From a virus (lineage: Duplodnaviria; Heunggongvirae; Uroviricota; Caudoviricetes): 41,869 nucleotides of DNA. A program made the translations under genes and the position numbers. Under the pieces are notes generated by a model. That model was not told the origin of the DNA. It was given only the letters and a program-made list of their open reading frames with translations, and did not search any database. The stretch lies in the IMG/VR virus record IMGVR_UViG_2531839449_000046. One strand, 5' to 3'. Shown one piece after another: positions 27,788 to 38,690 of this stretch. How positions within the stretch are numbered: the stretch's first letter is position 1; every line of letters begins with the position of its first letter.

Positions 27788-29206
27788 ATGCCGATTCAGC
27801 AACTTCCGCTTATGAAAGGTGTCGGCAAAGACTTTAGAAACGCCGACTATATCGACTATCTGCCAGTGAATATGTTGGCTACACCCAAAGAAATCCTGAA
27901 CAGCAGCGGATATCTTCGCTCATTCCCGGGCATTGCCAAACGTTCTGATGTGAACGGCGTATCGCGCGGAGTTGAGTACAACATGGCGCAGAGTGCTGTT
28001 TATCGCGTGTGTGGCGGCAAGCTGTACAAAGGAGAAAGTGAAGTCGGTGATGTTGCCGGAAGTGGTCGTGTATCAATGGCGCATGGTCGGACATCTCAGG
28101 CTGTAGGCGTTAATGGCCAACTGGTCGAGTATCGTTATGATGGCACGGTTAAAAGAGTCTCAAACTGGCCTACAGACAGCGGATTCACGCAGTATGAGTT
28201 AGGTTCTGTTCGTGACATTACGCGCTTACGCGGGCGTTATGCGTGGTCAAAAGACGGCACTGATTCATGGTTTATCACTGACCTTGAAGACGAATCGCAC
28301 CCTGACAGATACAGCGCACAATATCGCGCAGAATCGCAGCCTGACGGCATCATCGGCATCGGAACATGGCGAGACTTCATCGTCTGCTTTGGTTCATCGA
28401 CGATTGAATATTTTTCCTTGACTGGTGCAACCACTGTTGGTGCCGCTTTGTATGTCGCACAGCCATCGCTGATGGTGCAGAAAGGCATTGCCGGAACTTA
28501 CTGCAAAACGCCGTTTGCTGATTCGTATGCGTTCATCAGCAATCCGGCAACGGGTGCGCCGTCTGTATACATCATCGGCTCAGGTCAGGCATCACCAATC
28601 GCCAGCGCGAGCATTGAGAAAATCCTCCGCTCCTACACTGCTGATGAACTGGCTGATGGTGTGATGGAATCGCTGCGGTTTGATGCTCATGAGTTGCTGA
28701 TTATCCACCTTCCGCGCCATGTTCTCGTGTACGACGCATCTTCAAGCGCCAATGGTCCGCAATGGTGTGTGTTGAAAACTGGCCTGTATGACGATGTGTA
28801 CCGCGCTATCGACTTCATTTACGAAGGCAATCAGATAACGTGCGGCGATAAGCTGGAGTCCGTGACCGGGAAATTGCAATTCGATATATCTTCACAATAC
28901 GAAAAACAACAAGAGCATATTTTATATTCCCCTCTAATAAAGGCAGATAACGCTTTAATAAATGACCTTGAATTAGAAACATCGGGCGGCGTGTGTGATA
29001 GAATAGATAAAATATTTATATCAGCCACTACAGATGGAATTAGTTACGGTCGTGAGCAAATGGTCGTATTACAAAAACCATTTGTATATGACAATCGCGT
29101 TTTATGGCGAAAGGTTGGTCGAGTTAGACGCCTCATTGGATTTAAATTCAGGGTTATTGCAAAAGGTCCTGTCACATTATCAGGCCTTTCTATTCGTGTA
29201 ACATAA
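27788..29206 (+). CDS. tail hub protein (P22 gp10-like) with AT-rich 3' end
   Basis: 472 aa; composition drops sharply to AT-rich from about 28860 to the stop. Confidence 0.55.
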   Translation: MPIQQLPLMKGVGKDFRNADYIDYLPVNMLATPKEILNSSGYLRSFPGIAKRSDVNGVSRGVEYNMAQSAVYRVCGGKLYKGESEVGDVAGSGRVSMAHGRTSQAVGVNGQLVEYRYDGTVKRVSNWPTDSGFTQYELGSVRDITRLRGRYAWSKDGTDSWFITDLEDESHPDRYSAQYRAESQPDGIIGIGTWRDFIVCFGSSTIEYFSLTGATTVGAALYVAQPSLMVQKGIAGTYCKTPFADSYAFISNPATGAPSVYIIGSGQASPIASASIEKILRSYTADELADGVMESLRFDAHELLIIHLPRHVLVYDASSSANGPQWCVLKTGLYDDVYRAIDFIYEGNQITCGDKLESVTGKLQFDISSQYEKQQEHILYSPLIKADNALINDLELETSGGVCDRIDKIFISATTDGISYGREQMVVLQKPFVYDNRVLWRKVGRVRRLIGFKFRVIAKGPVTLSGLSIRVT

Positions 29207-29227
29207 ATCGAAACTCAAGGAGTAGAT

Positions 29228-29761
29228 ATGTTAAGTGAAAACGCAAAAGATATCGAAGGATATGAAGGACTGTACGCCATCACTAATGATGGTAGAGTTT
29301 ACTCGCATTCAAGAGTAAATTTGAGGGGACGTCTTATTAAGGGTAGGTGGCTGAAGCATAATCATAACGTAAATGGATATAAGTATGTGTGTTTATATAA
29401 GGATGGCGTAAAAAAGAACATACTAATACATAAGCTTGTTGCATCTCACTTTGTTGGTGGATTTGCTGAAGGGTTACAGGTAAATCATATAGATGGTGAT
29501 AAATATAATAATAACTATCTAAATCTTGAATGGGTTACTCCATCAGGAAATATCTCACACTCATATGGATTGGAGTCGAGAGGTAATGTAAAAGGAGAAA
29601 GGAATGGTAATTCTAAAATATCTAATGATGATGTCATAAAGATAAAAGAAATGGTTGCCAATGGATTTCCTCAGTGTGAAGTTGCTAAATTATTTGGAAT
29701 TCACAATTCAAAGGTTAGTAGAATTGTAAATGGCAAGGCATGGAGGCATGTTAATGGCTGA
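29228..29761 (+). CDS. HNH homing-endonuclease-like protein (NUMOD4 + HNH + C-terminal HTH)
   Basis: AT-rich; NUMOD4 motif [35 protein letters not shown]; inserted between tail hub and needle genes. Confidence 0.7.
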   Translation: MLSENAKDIEGYEGLYAITNDGRVYSHSRVNLRGRLIKGRWLKHNHNVNGYKYVCLYKDGVKKNILIHKLVASHFVGGFAEGLQVNHIDGDKYNNNYLNLEWVTPSGNISHSYGLESRGNVKGERNGNSKISNDDVIKIKEMVANGFPQCEVAKLFGIHNSKVSRIVNGKAWRHVNG

Positions 29762-30455
29762 TTCGAATCTCAATGTGCCGGTAATCATTCAGGCTACACG
29801 GCTCGACACATCAGTCCTTCCACGCAATATATTCAGCCAGTCTTACCTGCTGTATGTCATTAATCAGGGGGCTGATGTCGGCGCAATTGCCGGGAAGGCA
29901 AATCAGGCTGGTCAGGGCGCTTACGATGCTCAGGTGAAAAACGATGAACAGGATGTCGAACTGGCTGACCACGATGCAAGAATCACCGCAAACACAAAAG
30001 CGATAAATCTCCTTGAGGTCAGGTTAACAACCGCCGAAGGGAAGATAGTCGTACTGCGTAGCGATGTTGATTACTTGCTGGATGAGGTTATCGATATTCA
30101 GGCGCATCTGGTCACTGTTGACCAAAGACTGGATGGCGTAGAAAGCGATGTATCTGACATTAAGAGTGATTACGTATCGAAAACCGTAACCGAATCGCAG
30201 TCTCTTGCGTCACCGCTGGATGTAAAAACATCATATTCAGTTGATGGAATTCAGGTTGTTGGAGCAAGAAATACCGGATGGACTGCAGCCACAGGTACAC
30301 CTCTTCTTGGCTCATTCAACGCTAACCAGTCATACACGGTCGGCACTACGTACACACAATCCGAAGTCGCGGCTCTCGCTACAGGTTTGCAGCAGGCGCG
30401 GCAGCGTATTCTGGCGCTTGAAACAGCACTTAGATTACATGGGCTGATTGACTGA
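29754..30455 (+). CDS. tail needle (P22 gp26-like)
   Basis: ...[30 protein letters not shown]...[13 protein letters not shown] matches recalled gp26 termini. Confidence 0.7.
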   Translation: MADSNLNVPVIIQATRLDTSVLPRNIFSQSYLLYVINQGADVGAIAGKANQAGQGAYDAQVKNDEQDVELADHDARITANTKAINLLEVRLTTAEGKIVVLRSDVDYLLDEVIDIQAHLVTVDQRLDGVESDVSDIKSDYVSKTVTESQSLASPLDVKTSYSVDGIQVVGARNTGWTAATGTPLLGSFNANQSYTVGTTYTQSEVAALATGLQQARQRILALETALRLHGLID

Positions 30456-30910
30456 TGATTACATTCAAACCAACGCGAAACATCGACTTGATCGAAGCAG
30501 TCGGAAATCACCCTGACATTATTGCCGGGAGCAACAACGGTGATGGATACGACTACAAGCCTGAATGCCGTTACTTTGAGGTGAACGTGCACGGGCAGTT
30601 CGGCGGAATTGTTTACTATCAGGAGATTCAGCCGCTGACCTTTGATTGCCACGCTATGTACCTGCCAGAGATTCGCGGATTCAGCAAGGAAATAGGGCTG
30701 GCGTTCTGGCGATACATTTTGACCAACACCACCGTTCAGTGCGTCACATCATTTGCTGCACGCAAATTCCGCCACGGGCAGATGTACTGCGCAATGATTG
30801 GCCTTAAGCGTGTAGGAACCATCAAGAAATACTTCAAAGGCGTGGATGACGTGACGTTTTACAGCGCCACACGCGAAGAACTAATCGACTTCCTGAATCA
30901 CGGGAGATAG
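30455..30910 (+). CDS. gp14-like ejection/assembly protein
   Basis: 151-aa ORF; positional assignment. Confidence 0.5.
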   Translation: MITFKPTRNIDLIEAVGNHPDIIAGSNNGDGYDYKPECRYFEVNVHGQFGGIVYYQEIQPLTFDCHAMYLPEIRGFSKEIGLAFWRYILTNTTVQCVTSFAARKFRHGQMYCAMIGLKRVGTIKKYFKGVDDVTFYSATREELIDFLNHGR

Positions 30911-30912
30911 CC

Positions 30913-31605
30913 ATGTTATATGCATTTAAGCTGGGCAGAAAACTGCGCGGCGAGGAACCTTATTGCCCTGAAAAAGGCGGGAAAGGTGGCAGCTCTGATA
31001 AAAGCGCAAAGTATGCAGCAGAAGCTCAGAAGTATGCCGCAGACCTGCAAAATCAGCAGTGGCAGACGATCATGAAAAACCTTGCTCCGTTCACGCCGCT
31101 TGCTGAGCAGTATGTTAACCAGCTTCAGAATCTTTCCAGTTTAGAAGGTCAGGGGCAGGCACTTAATCAGTATTACAACTCTCAGCAGTATAAAGACCTT
31201 GCAGGTCAGGCTCGTTACCAGAGTCTTGCTGCTGCGGAGGCTACGGGAGGACTTGGTTCGACAGCCACAAGCAATCAACTGGCTACGATCGCGCCGACTC
31301 TCGGTCAGTCTTGGTTATCAAACCAGATGAGCAATTACAACAATCTGGCAAACGTTGGGCTTGGTGCGCTGCAAGGTCAGGCAAACGCCGGGCAGACGTA
31401 CGCCAACAACATGAGCAGCATTGCACAGCAAAGCGCAGCTCTTGCCGCTGCTAATGCCAATAAACCATCAAGTCTTCAGACTGCAATTAGCGGTGGCACG
31501 TCTGGTGCGATTGCCGGTGCAGGTCTTGCCAGTCTTTTGGGAACATCAACACCTTGGGGCGCTGGCATTGGTGCTGGTATCGGATTGCTTGGCTCGTTGT
31601 TTTAA
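30913..31605 (+). CDS. ejection protein (gp7-like)
   Basis: 230 aa with Gly/Ala-rich hydrophobic C-terminus; positional. Confidence 0.55.
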   Translation: MLYAFKLGRKLRGEEPYCPEKGGKGGSSDKSAKYAAEAQKYAADLQNQQWQTIMKNLAPFTPLAEQYVNQLQNLSSLEGQGQALNQYYNSQQYKDLAGQARYQSLAAAEATGGLGSTATSNQLATIAPTLGQSWLSNQMSNYNNLANVGLGALQGQANAGQTYANNMSSIAQQSAALAAANANKPSSLQTAISGGTSGAIAGAGLASLLGTSTPWGAGIGAGIGLLGSLF

Positions 31606-31614
31606 GGGGTAATC

Positions 31615-33021
31615 ATGGATACTTGGCAAGGATCAAATGGCGGATTGTTGGCTGGTATCGGCGGCGTCAACTCAAACGCTCCGAGCGTAAATGACATCGG
31701 CAATACGCTTCAACTTATTAGGCAGAACAATGATATTGAGCGTTCAGGCGCTAACAATGTTGGGCTGACTGCTTTGCAAGGCCTTTCAGGTATTGCGGGG
31801 GTGTTTCAGCAGGAAAAGCAGGCTCAGCGGCAGAAAGAATTTCAGCAGGCATACGCTAATGCTTATGCGTCTGGTGATCGCGGTGCTTTGCGTCAGTTGG
31901 CTACTCAATATCCAGACCAGATTGAATCCGTTCGTAAAGGCATGGGATTCATTGATGAAGACCAGCGCAATTCTATCGGAACCTTAGCGGCTGGCGCACG
32001 CCTTGCGGCCTCGTCTCCAGAAGCAATGCAATCATGGCTGCAAAACAACGCCAAGGAGCTGGCGCGCGTCGGTGTTGACCCTAATAACGTTGCTCAGATG
32101 TATCAGCAGAATCCTTCAGGATTTGGTGAGTTTGTTGATCACCTTGGGATGGCTGCTCTCGGTCCGATTGACTACTTCAATGTTCAGGACAAGATGGCTG
32201 GTCGTGAGATTGACCGAGGCAGACTGGCAGAGACAATCCGCAGCAATCAGGCTGGTGAAGCACTTCAGGCGAGAGGGCAAAACCTTTCCTATCAGTCAGC
32301 AATGACTGGGCACAATATCGCAGCACAACGCTTGGCTCTGGATCAGCAAGAGTTCGGGTTTAAGATGCAGCAAGCGCAGGAAAAGGCTCAGCAGTTGATT
32401 AGTGAAGCACCTAAGCTGTCAGTAAACATGGAAAAAGGCATCGAGACGGCTGTAAACAATGCCACAGCATCATCAAACTCAGCCAATTCTATGAGTGCGC
32501 TTGCTCAACAGTTCAGAGCAGAAAAACCAACGACAGGTTTGTTCGGTAACGCACAGAACATGTTCGCAAAACTTACCGGAAGCGATACGACATTGCGTGA
32601 TTTGCGCATCCGCCAAAATGCCCTTGTTAACAGTCAGGTTCTTAAATTCCTACCTCCCGGCCCAGCAACGGATAAAGACGTTGAGATCGTTCGGCAGGGT
32701 GCGCCAACTGACATGGATAACCCTGAGACGGTCGCAAGATGGCTTGATGCAATGGCAAACCTTGAGCGACGAAACGCGCAGTTTAATGAGTTTAAAGCTG
32801 AGTGGATGAGCGCGAATGGCAATCCTGGACAATCGCGTAATGGCGGTCAGATATTGGGGTTGGATGTTAAAAAAGGTGAATCATTGGGGAGTGCCGTTAA
32901 GCGGTATATGTCATTGAATACTGACGCAGCGCCAGCACAAGATTCGACACCTTCAGGAGAACCACGGAATCAGGTTGGATCATATACCTCAAAATCAGGC
33001 ATTCAATTTACGGTGGAATGA
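31615..33021 (+). CDS. ejection protein (gp20-like)
   Basis: 468 aa; positional and size match. Confidence 0.55.
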   Translation: MDTWQGSNGGLLAGIGGVNSNAPSVNDIGNTLQLIRQNNDIERSGANNVGLTALQGLSGIAGVFQQEKQAQRQKEFQQAYANAYASGDRGALRQLATQYPDQIESVRKGMGFIDEDQRNSIGTLAAGARLAASSPEAMQSWLQNNAKELARVGVDPNNVAQMYQQNPSGFGEFVDHLGMAALGPIDYFNVQDKMAGREIDRGRLAETIRSNQAGEALQARGQNLSYQSAMTGHNIAAQRLALDQQEFGFKMQQAQEKAQQLISEAPKLSVNMEKGIETAVNNATASSNSANSMSALAQQFRAEKPTTGLFGNAQNMFAKLTGSDTTLRDLRIRQNALVNSQVLKFLPPGPATDKDVEIVRQGAPTDMDNPETVARWLDAMANLERRNAQFNEFKAEWMSANGNPGQSRNGGQILGLDVKKGESLGSAVKRYMSLNTDAAPAQDSTPSGEPRNQVGSYTSKSGIQFTVE

Positions 33022-34859
33022 TGAAAGTAACTGCAAACGGTAAGACATTTACCTTCCCTGATGGTACGAGCACGGAAGATATTGGAGCCGCCATTGATGA
33101 TTATTTTGCTGGTCAGGTTGTTCAGCAACAAACAGTTAATCAGGCCAATAATGCACCAGTACGTGAAGAACCATCATTGATGCAACAAGCTGGCGATTGG
33201 CTCACTGGTGGTCAAAGTGCAGGGCAAATTGCAGAACAGGCTGGTCGTGGTCTGGTAAACATACCATTTGACGTATTGCAGGGTGGCGCAAGTCTGATTA
33301 ATGCAATCAGTCAGGGGCTTGGTGGGCCAAAAGTTTTGGATGATGTTTATCGTCCAGTAGACAAACCGACAGACCCATACGCACAAGCCGGTGAAACAAT
33401 TGGTGGGTATTTAGTTCCAGGAGTTGGAACGGCAGGAAGCATGGCTATTGGATCGCTGGCAGAGGCCGCAAATCAGAAAGGCGATTTCGCACAAAATGCA
33501 GCTAAAAATGCCGGAGTTAACCTTGCCGCTCAGGGTGTTCTTTCCGCAGCAGCAAAGGGAATAGGGCGTGGAATAACGGCTATAAAAGGTGATATTGCGC
33601 CAGAAGTGGCGAAGAAAATTGCCACATCAGAATCGATGGGCGTGACACCAATGACATCTGATGTTATCCCGCCGAAAAATGCTTTCACTCGCGGCCTTAC
33701 TCAGGATGCCGAGGGGGCTTTGCTCGGGACGGGCTCAAAGCGAGCAGAGCAATATGCAACGCGGAGTAAGCTGGTAAGCAATTATTTTGACCGTTTTGGT
33801 GAGTACAACCCTGATGATGTGGTGAAATCTCTGACCACCACGTTAAGGGGGCGGAAGGATGCCGCTGGCGCTGTTATCAATGACGTCACCAATAAAATGG
33901 GTAATGCCGCAGTTGATACCACAAATACCATGAATGCTCTGAATACAGCGATCGCAAGACAGGAACGGCTTGGGACGTCTGCCAATCAAAGCCTGCTTAC
34001 ATCCTTGCGTAACCTACGTGAAGAATTAGCAAACCCTGCAACTGATTTGGATGTTACGTTTGATCTCTTGCGTCAGCACAGAACAGCATTTAGATCTAAT
34101 GTTCAGGGAGATGCTATGGTCTTCCCCAACCAGGCAAAAGCAGCTACCAATATGGTAGAGAATGCAATGTCAAAAGACCTTCGTAACGCAGTTGCTAAAA
34201 ACCTCGGTGCATCAGACGCAGCAAAATACCTTAAAGCAAATTCCGATTATGCAAACGTTTATAATAAGGTGCTTAATAAAAACATTGCCAACAAGCTCAA
34301 CAAGGCAAGCAGTGAAGCCAGTCCTGAACTTATAAATACCGTTGTATTAAGCAGAAAACCATCTGACGTGAAACGAATCTGGAGCGCACTGGATGATAAG
34401 GGGAAAGATGCTATGCGTGCAGCTTACGTCAGCAAAATAGCGGAAAAGGCCGGGGACTCTCCAGCCAAGTTCATCACTGAAGTTAATAAGCTGAAATCTC
34501 AGTCAGGCGGTGAAATTTACAACACTATTTTTTCTGGAAAGCACATGAAAGAGCTTGATGCTCTTCATGAAGTTCTACAGCAAACAGCAAGGTCAGACAC
34601 CGCAAATGTAGTAACTCAGACGGGGCAATCGCAAGCCAACAGGATAAGGACGATTGGCGCAACTGCGACCCTTGGCGTATCAATGGGGCTTGAGGCTGGT
34701 TTTGGTGCAATGATGCGCTTGTATGAGTCCAAAGCAGCAAGGAATATGCTTCTTCGTTTGGCAAACACCAAAGCAGGAACACCAGCCTATGAAAGAGCGA
34801 TAAATAACGCTGCGAATGCCATCAGACCGCTGTTTGCTACTGAGGCAACACAGCAGTAA
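33018..34859 (+). CDS. ejection protein (gp16-like)
   Basis: 613 aa; positional and size match. Confidence 0.55.
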   Translation: MMKVTANGKTFTFPDGTSTEDIGAAIDDYFAGQVVQQQTVNQANNAPVREEPSLMQQAGDWLTGGQSAGQIAEQAGRGLVNIPFDVLQGGASLINAISQGLGGPKVLDDVYRPVDKPTDPYAQAGETIGGYLVPGVGTAGSMAIGSLAEAANQKGDFAQNAAKNAGVNLAAQGVLSAAAKGIGRGITAIKGDIAPEVAKKIATSESMGVTPMTSDVIPPKNAFTRGLTQDAEGALLGTGSKRAEQYATRSKLVSNYFDRFGEYNPDDVVKSLTTTLRGRKDAAGAVINDVTNKMGNAAVDTTNTMNALNTAIARQERLGTSANQSLLTSLRNLREELANPATDLDVTFDLLRQHRTAFRSNVQGDAMVFPNQAKAATNMVENAMSKDLRNAVAKNLGASDAAKYLKANSDYANVYNKVLNKNIANKLNKASSEASPELINTVVLSRKPSDVKRIWSALDDKGKDAMRAAYVSKIAEKAGDSPAKFITEVNKLKSQSGGEIYNTIFSGKHMKELDALHEVLQQTARSDTANVVTQTGQSQANRIRTIGATATLGVSMGLEAGFGAMMRLYESKAARNMLLRLANTKAGTPAYERAINNAANAIRPLFATEATQQ

Positions 34860-34883
34860 CGTATGGGAAATTGGATTCAATCG

Positions 34884-35200
34884 CTAACATTTTCTTTTTA
34901 CTTTTCCAACAAAAGCTTTGGTTGAATCCATATTTCCATAACCGGAAATGGTTTTTGACATTAAAACTGTTCCAGTAGGATGTATTACCCATGAGTCGAT
35001 AACGCGTTGAGTTTCGCCATTCGCGCCGATTCCTATGATGGAGTTTTTAGACAATGCTTTGTAAGCCATGCCGCCCGCATCTGTCCCAGAATATGTGATG
35101 CTGGCATCTTCACCGTTTGTCTTAATGATGAATGTTCCACTAAAACCATCTTCTTCCGGATGGAAATTATTTCGTTCTGAATAGCTTATTCCGCGCATAT
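34884..35200 (-). pseudogene. C-terminal part of a small secreted-protein gene split by IS629 copy 2
   Basis: 104-aa ORF abutting the IS left end and in frame, across the IS, with the signal-peptide fragment at 36511-36586. Confidence 0.45.
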
Positions 35201-35254
35201 TGAACCGCCCCGGAAATCCTGGAGACTAAACTCCCTGAGAAAGAGGTAAACAGG

Positions 35255-35581
35255 ATGACTAAAAATACTCGTTTTTCCCCCGAAGTCCGTCAGCGGGCGA
35301 TTCGTATGGTTCTGGAAAGTCAGGATGAATATGACTCACAGTGGGCGGCAATTTGCTCCATTGCCCCAAAGATTGGCTGTACGCCGGAGACTCTGCGTGT
35401 CTGGGTTCGCCAGCATGAGCGGGATACCGGGGGCGGTGATGGTGGGCTCACCAGCGCTGAACGTCAGCGTCTGAAAGAGCTGGAACGTGAAAATCGTGAA
35501 CTGCGCCGCAGTAACGATATCCTTCGCCAGGCTTCCGCTTATTTTGCGAAGGCGGAGTTCGACCGCCTCTGGAAAAAATGA
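35255..35581 (+). CDS. IS3-family transposase OrfA
   Basis: Protein identical to copy 1 OrfA; one synonymous difference (TGC vs TGT). Confidence 0.85.
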   Translation: MTKNTRFSPEVRQRAIRMVLESQDEYDSQWAAICSIAPKIGCTPETLRVWVRQHERDTGGGDGGLTSAERQRLKELERENRELRRSNDILRQASAYFAKAEFDRLWKK

Positions 35582-36468
35582 TGCCACTGCTGGATAAGCT
35601 GCGTGAGCAGTACGGGGTCGGACCGGTATGCAGCGAACTGCATATTGCCCCGTCAACGTATTACCATTGTCAGCAACAGCGACATCATCCGGATAAACGC
35701 AGTGCCCGTGCGCAGCACGACGACTGGCTGAAGAGAGAGATACAGCGCGTATACGATGAAAATCATCAGGTGTACGGTGTGCGTAAAGTCTGGCGTCAGT
35801 TGTTACGGGAAGGAATCAGGGTGGCCAGATGTACAGTGGCACGTCTCATGGCGGTTATGGGACTTGCCGGTGTTCTCCGGGGTAAAAAGGTCCGTACGAC
35901 CATCAGCCGGAAAGCCGTTGCCGCAGGCGACCGCGTAAACCGTCAGTTCGTGGCAGAACGACCTGACCAGCTGTGGGTGGCTGATTTTACTTACGTCAGC
36001 ACATGGCAGGGCTTCGTCTATGTGGCGTTTATCATTGATGTGTTTGCCGGATACATCGTGGGGTGGCGGGTCTCATCGTCTATGGAAACGACATTCGTGC
36101 TGGATGCGCTGGAGCAGGCGTTGTGGGCCCGTCGTCCGTCTGGCACCATCCATCACAGCGATAAAGGCTCTCAGTATGTGTCACTGGCCTATACGGAGCG
36201 ACTAAAAGAAGCCGGATTACTGGCATCAACAGGGAGTACAGGCGACTCGTATGACAACGCGATGGCTGAGAGCATCAATGGTCTTTACAAAGCGGAGGTA
36301 ATACACCGTAAGAGCTGGAAAAACCGTGCAGAAGTGGAACTGGCCACACTAACGTGGGTGGACTGGTATAACAATCGACGATTGCTGGGAAGGCTGGGCC
36401 ATACTCCTCCGGCAGAAGCAGAAAAAGCTTATTATGCTTCCATCGGAAACGATGATCTGGCAGCCTGA
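35578..36468 (+). CDS. IS3-family transposase OrfB
   Basis: Identical 296-aa protein to copy 1. Confidence 0.85.
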   Translation: MMPLLDKLREQYGVGPVCSELHIAPSTYYHCQQQRHHPDKRSARAQHDDWLKREIQRVYDENHQVYGVRKVWRQLLREGIRVARCTVARLMAVMGLAGVLRGKKVRTTISRKAVAAGDRVNRQFVAERPDQLWVADFTYVSTWQGFVYVAFIIDVFAGYIVGWRVSSSMETTFVLDALEQALWARRPSGTIHHSDKGSQYVSLAYTERLKEAGLLASTGSTGDSYDNAMAESINGLYKAEVIHRKSWKNRAEVELATLTWVDWYNNRRLLGRLGHTPPAEAEKAYYASIGNDDLAA

Positions 36469-36510
36469 GTTCACAGATAAAACACTCTCCAGGAAACCCG
36501 GGGCGGTTCA

Positions 36511-36586
36511 CATCTCCAACGACCCAGCACTCTGCTGTAGCCCCAAAAGATATGAATAAGAACATAGCAGTAAGAAATTGCTTCAC
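36511..36586 (-). pseudogene. N-terminal signal-peptide fragment of the IS-split secreted-protein gene
   Basis: GTG start 36586 after AAGGAGGT; MKQFLTAMFLFISFGATAECW is signal-peptide-like; frame runs into the IS. Confidence 0.45.
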
Positions 36587-36702
36587 GCCAACCTCCTTAG
36601 TTTTGAGCAGGATACCATGAAAAAAGTAAACATCTTTTGCCTACTTCACATTTGAATGGTTTGTCATTAGGATGTTTCCGGTTTTTAAATATGGAAATTG
36701 AT

Positions 36703-37122
36703 ATGAAGAGGATTATTGGCGTCGTTGCTGGCGCTATATTGTTATCTGGGTGCGCAACTATTGTTGGTGACGAAACGCAGCTTGTGCAAGTGAACAGCAA
36801 TCCTTCCGGTGCGAGCTTTAAGGTAAAAGACGAATCAGGCGTGATTGTTGCGCAAGGTAAGACCCCGCAAGGAGTAACTCTTGCCAAGTCAGATGGTAGT
36901 TATTTTGGCAAAAAGAGCTACCAGATCACTATGGAAAAGGATGGGTACGAACCAGTAACCCTGCCAATCAAAGCCAATGCTAATGGCTGGTATATTGGTG
37001 GAAACCTTGTGTTTGGTGGGTTAATTGGTTGGCTTGCTGTAGATCCTTTTAATGGTGGGATGTATACCTTGAAGCCAAAAGAGGCAAACGCATCTCTTAT
37101 ACCATCAACAAAGCAAGACTAA
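36703..37122 (+). CDS. putative lipoprotein (moron)
   Basis: MKRIIGVVAGAILLSGC lipobox; alternative start 36691; followed by a terminator. Confidence 0.6.
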   Translation: MKRIIGVVAGAILLSGCATIVGDETQLVQVNSNPSGASFKVKDESGVIVAQGKTPQGVTLAKSDGSYFGKKSYQITMEKDGYEPVTLPIKANANGWYIGGNLVFGGLIGWLAVDPFNGGMYTLKPKEANASLIPSTKQD

Positions 37123-37131
37123 TAAATAGGA

Positions 37132-37154
37132 CCCACCTTCAGGTGGGTTTTTTG
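37132..37154. terminator. hairpin terminator between lipoprotein gene and mnt
   Basis: Stem CCCACC/GGTGGG, loop TTCA, then TTTTTTG on plus strand; overlaps mnt stop. Confidence 0.5.
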
Positions 37155-37390
37155 TACAAATCCTTCAGCGTATCAAACACCATCTTCTTAACAAGCTCTG
37201 ACTGCTCATCAGCGAGTCGTTCTGCATCGTCGCGATATCCAGTCACAGGCGATGGTTTTGATAGAGCATCTTGGACGATTTGTAACAACTCGGAGTTCAT
37301 TGATCTCCCATTCGCCTCCGCCCTGAATTTTAATTTCTCCCTTACTTCCATAGGCATACGGAAGTTAAAGTGCGGATCATCTCTAGCCAT
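37139..37390 (-). CDS. mnt: Mnt repressor
   Basis: 83 aa MARDDPHFNFRMPMEVREKLKFRAEANGRSMNSELLQIVQDAL... matches recalled P22 Mnt. Confidence 0.85.
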   Translation of the reverse strand: MARDDPHFNFRMPMEVREKLKFRAEANGRSMNSELLQIVQDALSKPSPVTGYRDDAERLADEQSELVKKMVFDTLKDLYKKPT

Positions 37391-37413
37391 GCCATCACTC
37401 CAAGTTAGTGTAT

Positions 37414-37464
37414 TGACATGATAGAAGCACTCTACTATATTCTCAATAGGTCCACGGTGGACCT
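37414..37464 (+). promoter_or_regulatory. Pant promoter region with arc and mnt operators
   Basis: TTGACA 37414-37419; ATAGAAGCACTCTACTAT (37422-37439); perfect 17-bp palindrome AGGTCCACGGTGGACCT (37448-37464). Confidence 0.65.
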
Positions 37465-37480
37465 ATATTGTGAGGTGAAT

Positions 37481-37642
37481 ATGAAAGGAATGAGCAAGAT
37501 GCCGCAGTTCAATTTGCGGTGGCCTAAAGAAGTATTGGATTTGGTCCGCAAGGTGGCGGAAGAGAATGGTCGGTCTGTTAACTCTGAGATTTATCAGAGA
37601 GTAATGGAAAGCTTTAAGAAGGAAGGGCGCATTGGCGCGTAA
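37481..37642 (+). CDS. arc: Arc repressor
   Basis: 53 aa [53 protein letters not shown] matches recalled P22 Arc. Confidence 0.85.
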   Translation: MKGMSKMPQFNLRWPKEVLDLVRKVAEENGRSVNSEIYQRVMESFKKEGRIGA

Positions 37643-37710
37643 AGTTGAAGCCCCAACTGCGGGAACAGTCAGGGCTTCGGTTGTCAGTAAATCCGTGGAG
37701 AAAAACCAAC

Positions 37711-38646
37711 GTGAATAGTATAGCAATTTTAGAAGCAGTGAACACCTCTTATGTACCATTCAACGGTCAGCAAATTATCACCGCCATGGCTGCCGGAGTT
37801 GCATATGTTGCGATGAAGCCAATCGTTGAAAACCTTGGAATGAGCTGGTCAACGCAGCAAACAAAACTCATGAAGCAGATTAGCAAATTCAACTGTGTTC
37901 ATATGAACATGGTTGCCGCTGATGGGAAGCTTCGTAAGCTACTCTGCCTTCCTTTGAAGAAGTTAAATGGATGGCTGTTCAGCATCAACCCTGAGAAAGT
38001 TCGTGCTGACATCCGTGATAAACTGATTCAGTACCAGGAAGAATGCTTTAGCGTGCTGCATGACTACTGGACTAAAGGTCATGTATTTAACCCACGCAAA
38101 GCTAAAAAGGCGTTGCCGGGTAAAATCACCACTGAACAGCAGGAAGCCATTAAACAACTCGTCATGAGTCGCGGTCAGTCTCTGCCAAAAGAAAAACAGG
38201 CTAAGGCGATGATCACCATGTGGTCGTCACTAAAATCCCATTTTGGATGTTCGTACAAAGAAATCAGTGAGGAGCAGTTTACCGAAGCACTATCACTTGC
38301 AGCTCGAGTTCCACTTGAAGGTGAGTTCATTGGCAAACAAGAGAAGAAAACCAACGAGCTTTCTGCAAAAGAAGCAAACAGCCTTGTATGGTTATGGGAT
38401 TATGCCAACCGCTCACAGGCATTATTCCGCGAACTGTATCCGGCGCTAAAACAAATTCAATCGAACTATTCCGGCAGATGCTACGACTACGGTCATGAGT
38501 TCTCGTATGTTATCGGAATGGCGAGAGACGTTTTAATAAACCACACACGAGATGTTGATATTAATGAGCCAGACGGACCAACGAATCTTTCCGCATGGAT
38601 GAGACTTAAGAATAAAGAATTACCTCCTTCAGTACATAACTACTGA
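37711..38646 (+). CDS. ant: antirepressor Ant
   Basis: GTG start 37711 after [48 protein letters not shown]... matches recalled P22 Ant. Confidence 0.8.
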   Translation: MNSIAILEAVNTSYVPFNGQQIITAMAAGVAYVAMKPIVENLGMSWSTQQTKLMKQISKFNCVHMNMVAADGKLRKLLCLPLKKLNGWLFSINPEKVRADIRDKLIQYQEECFSVLHDYWTKGHVFNPRKAKKALPGKITTEQQEAIKQLVMSRGQSLPKEKQAKAMITMWSSLKSHFGCSYKEISEEQFTEALSLAARVPLEGEFIGKQEKKTNELSAKEANSLVWLWDYANRSQALFRELYPALKQIQSNYSGRCYDYGHEFSYVIGMARDVLINHTRDVDINEPDGPTNLSAWMRLKNKELPPSVHNY

Positions 38647-38667
38647 CAGATAACCAACGCAACGACC

Positions 38668-38690
38668 CAGCTTCGGCTGGGTTTTTTTAT
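38668..38690 (+). terminator. intrinsic terminator after ant
   Basis: Stem CCCAGC/GCTGGG, loop TTCG, then TTTTTTTA. Confidence 0.55.

Larger units (their letters stand above)
35201..36510 (+). mobile_element. IS629-like insertion sequence (IS3 family), copy 2
   Basis: 1310 bp, same ends and ORFs as copy 1, opposite orientation; flanks CATAT / CATCT give no exact target-site duplication. Confidence 0.85.

Noticed and set aside
36275..36586. 103-aa minus-strand track ORF
   Set aside because: Chimeric: the first 25 codons are the interrupted host-side gene and the rest is read-through into the IS629 right end; annotated as a gene fragment plus IS.
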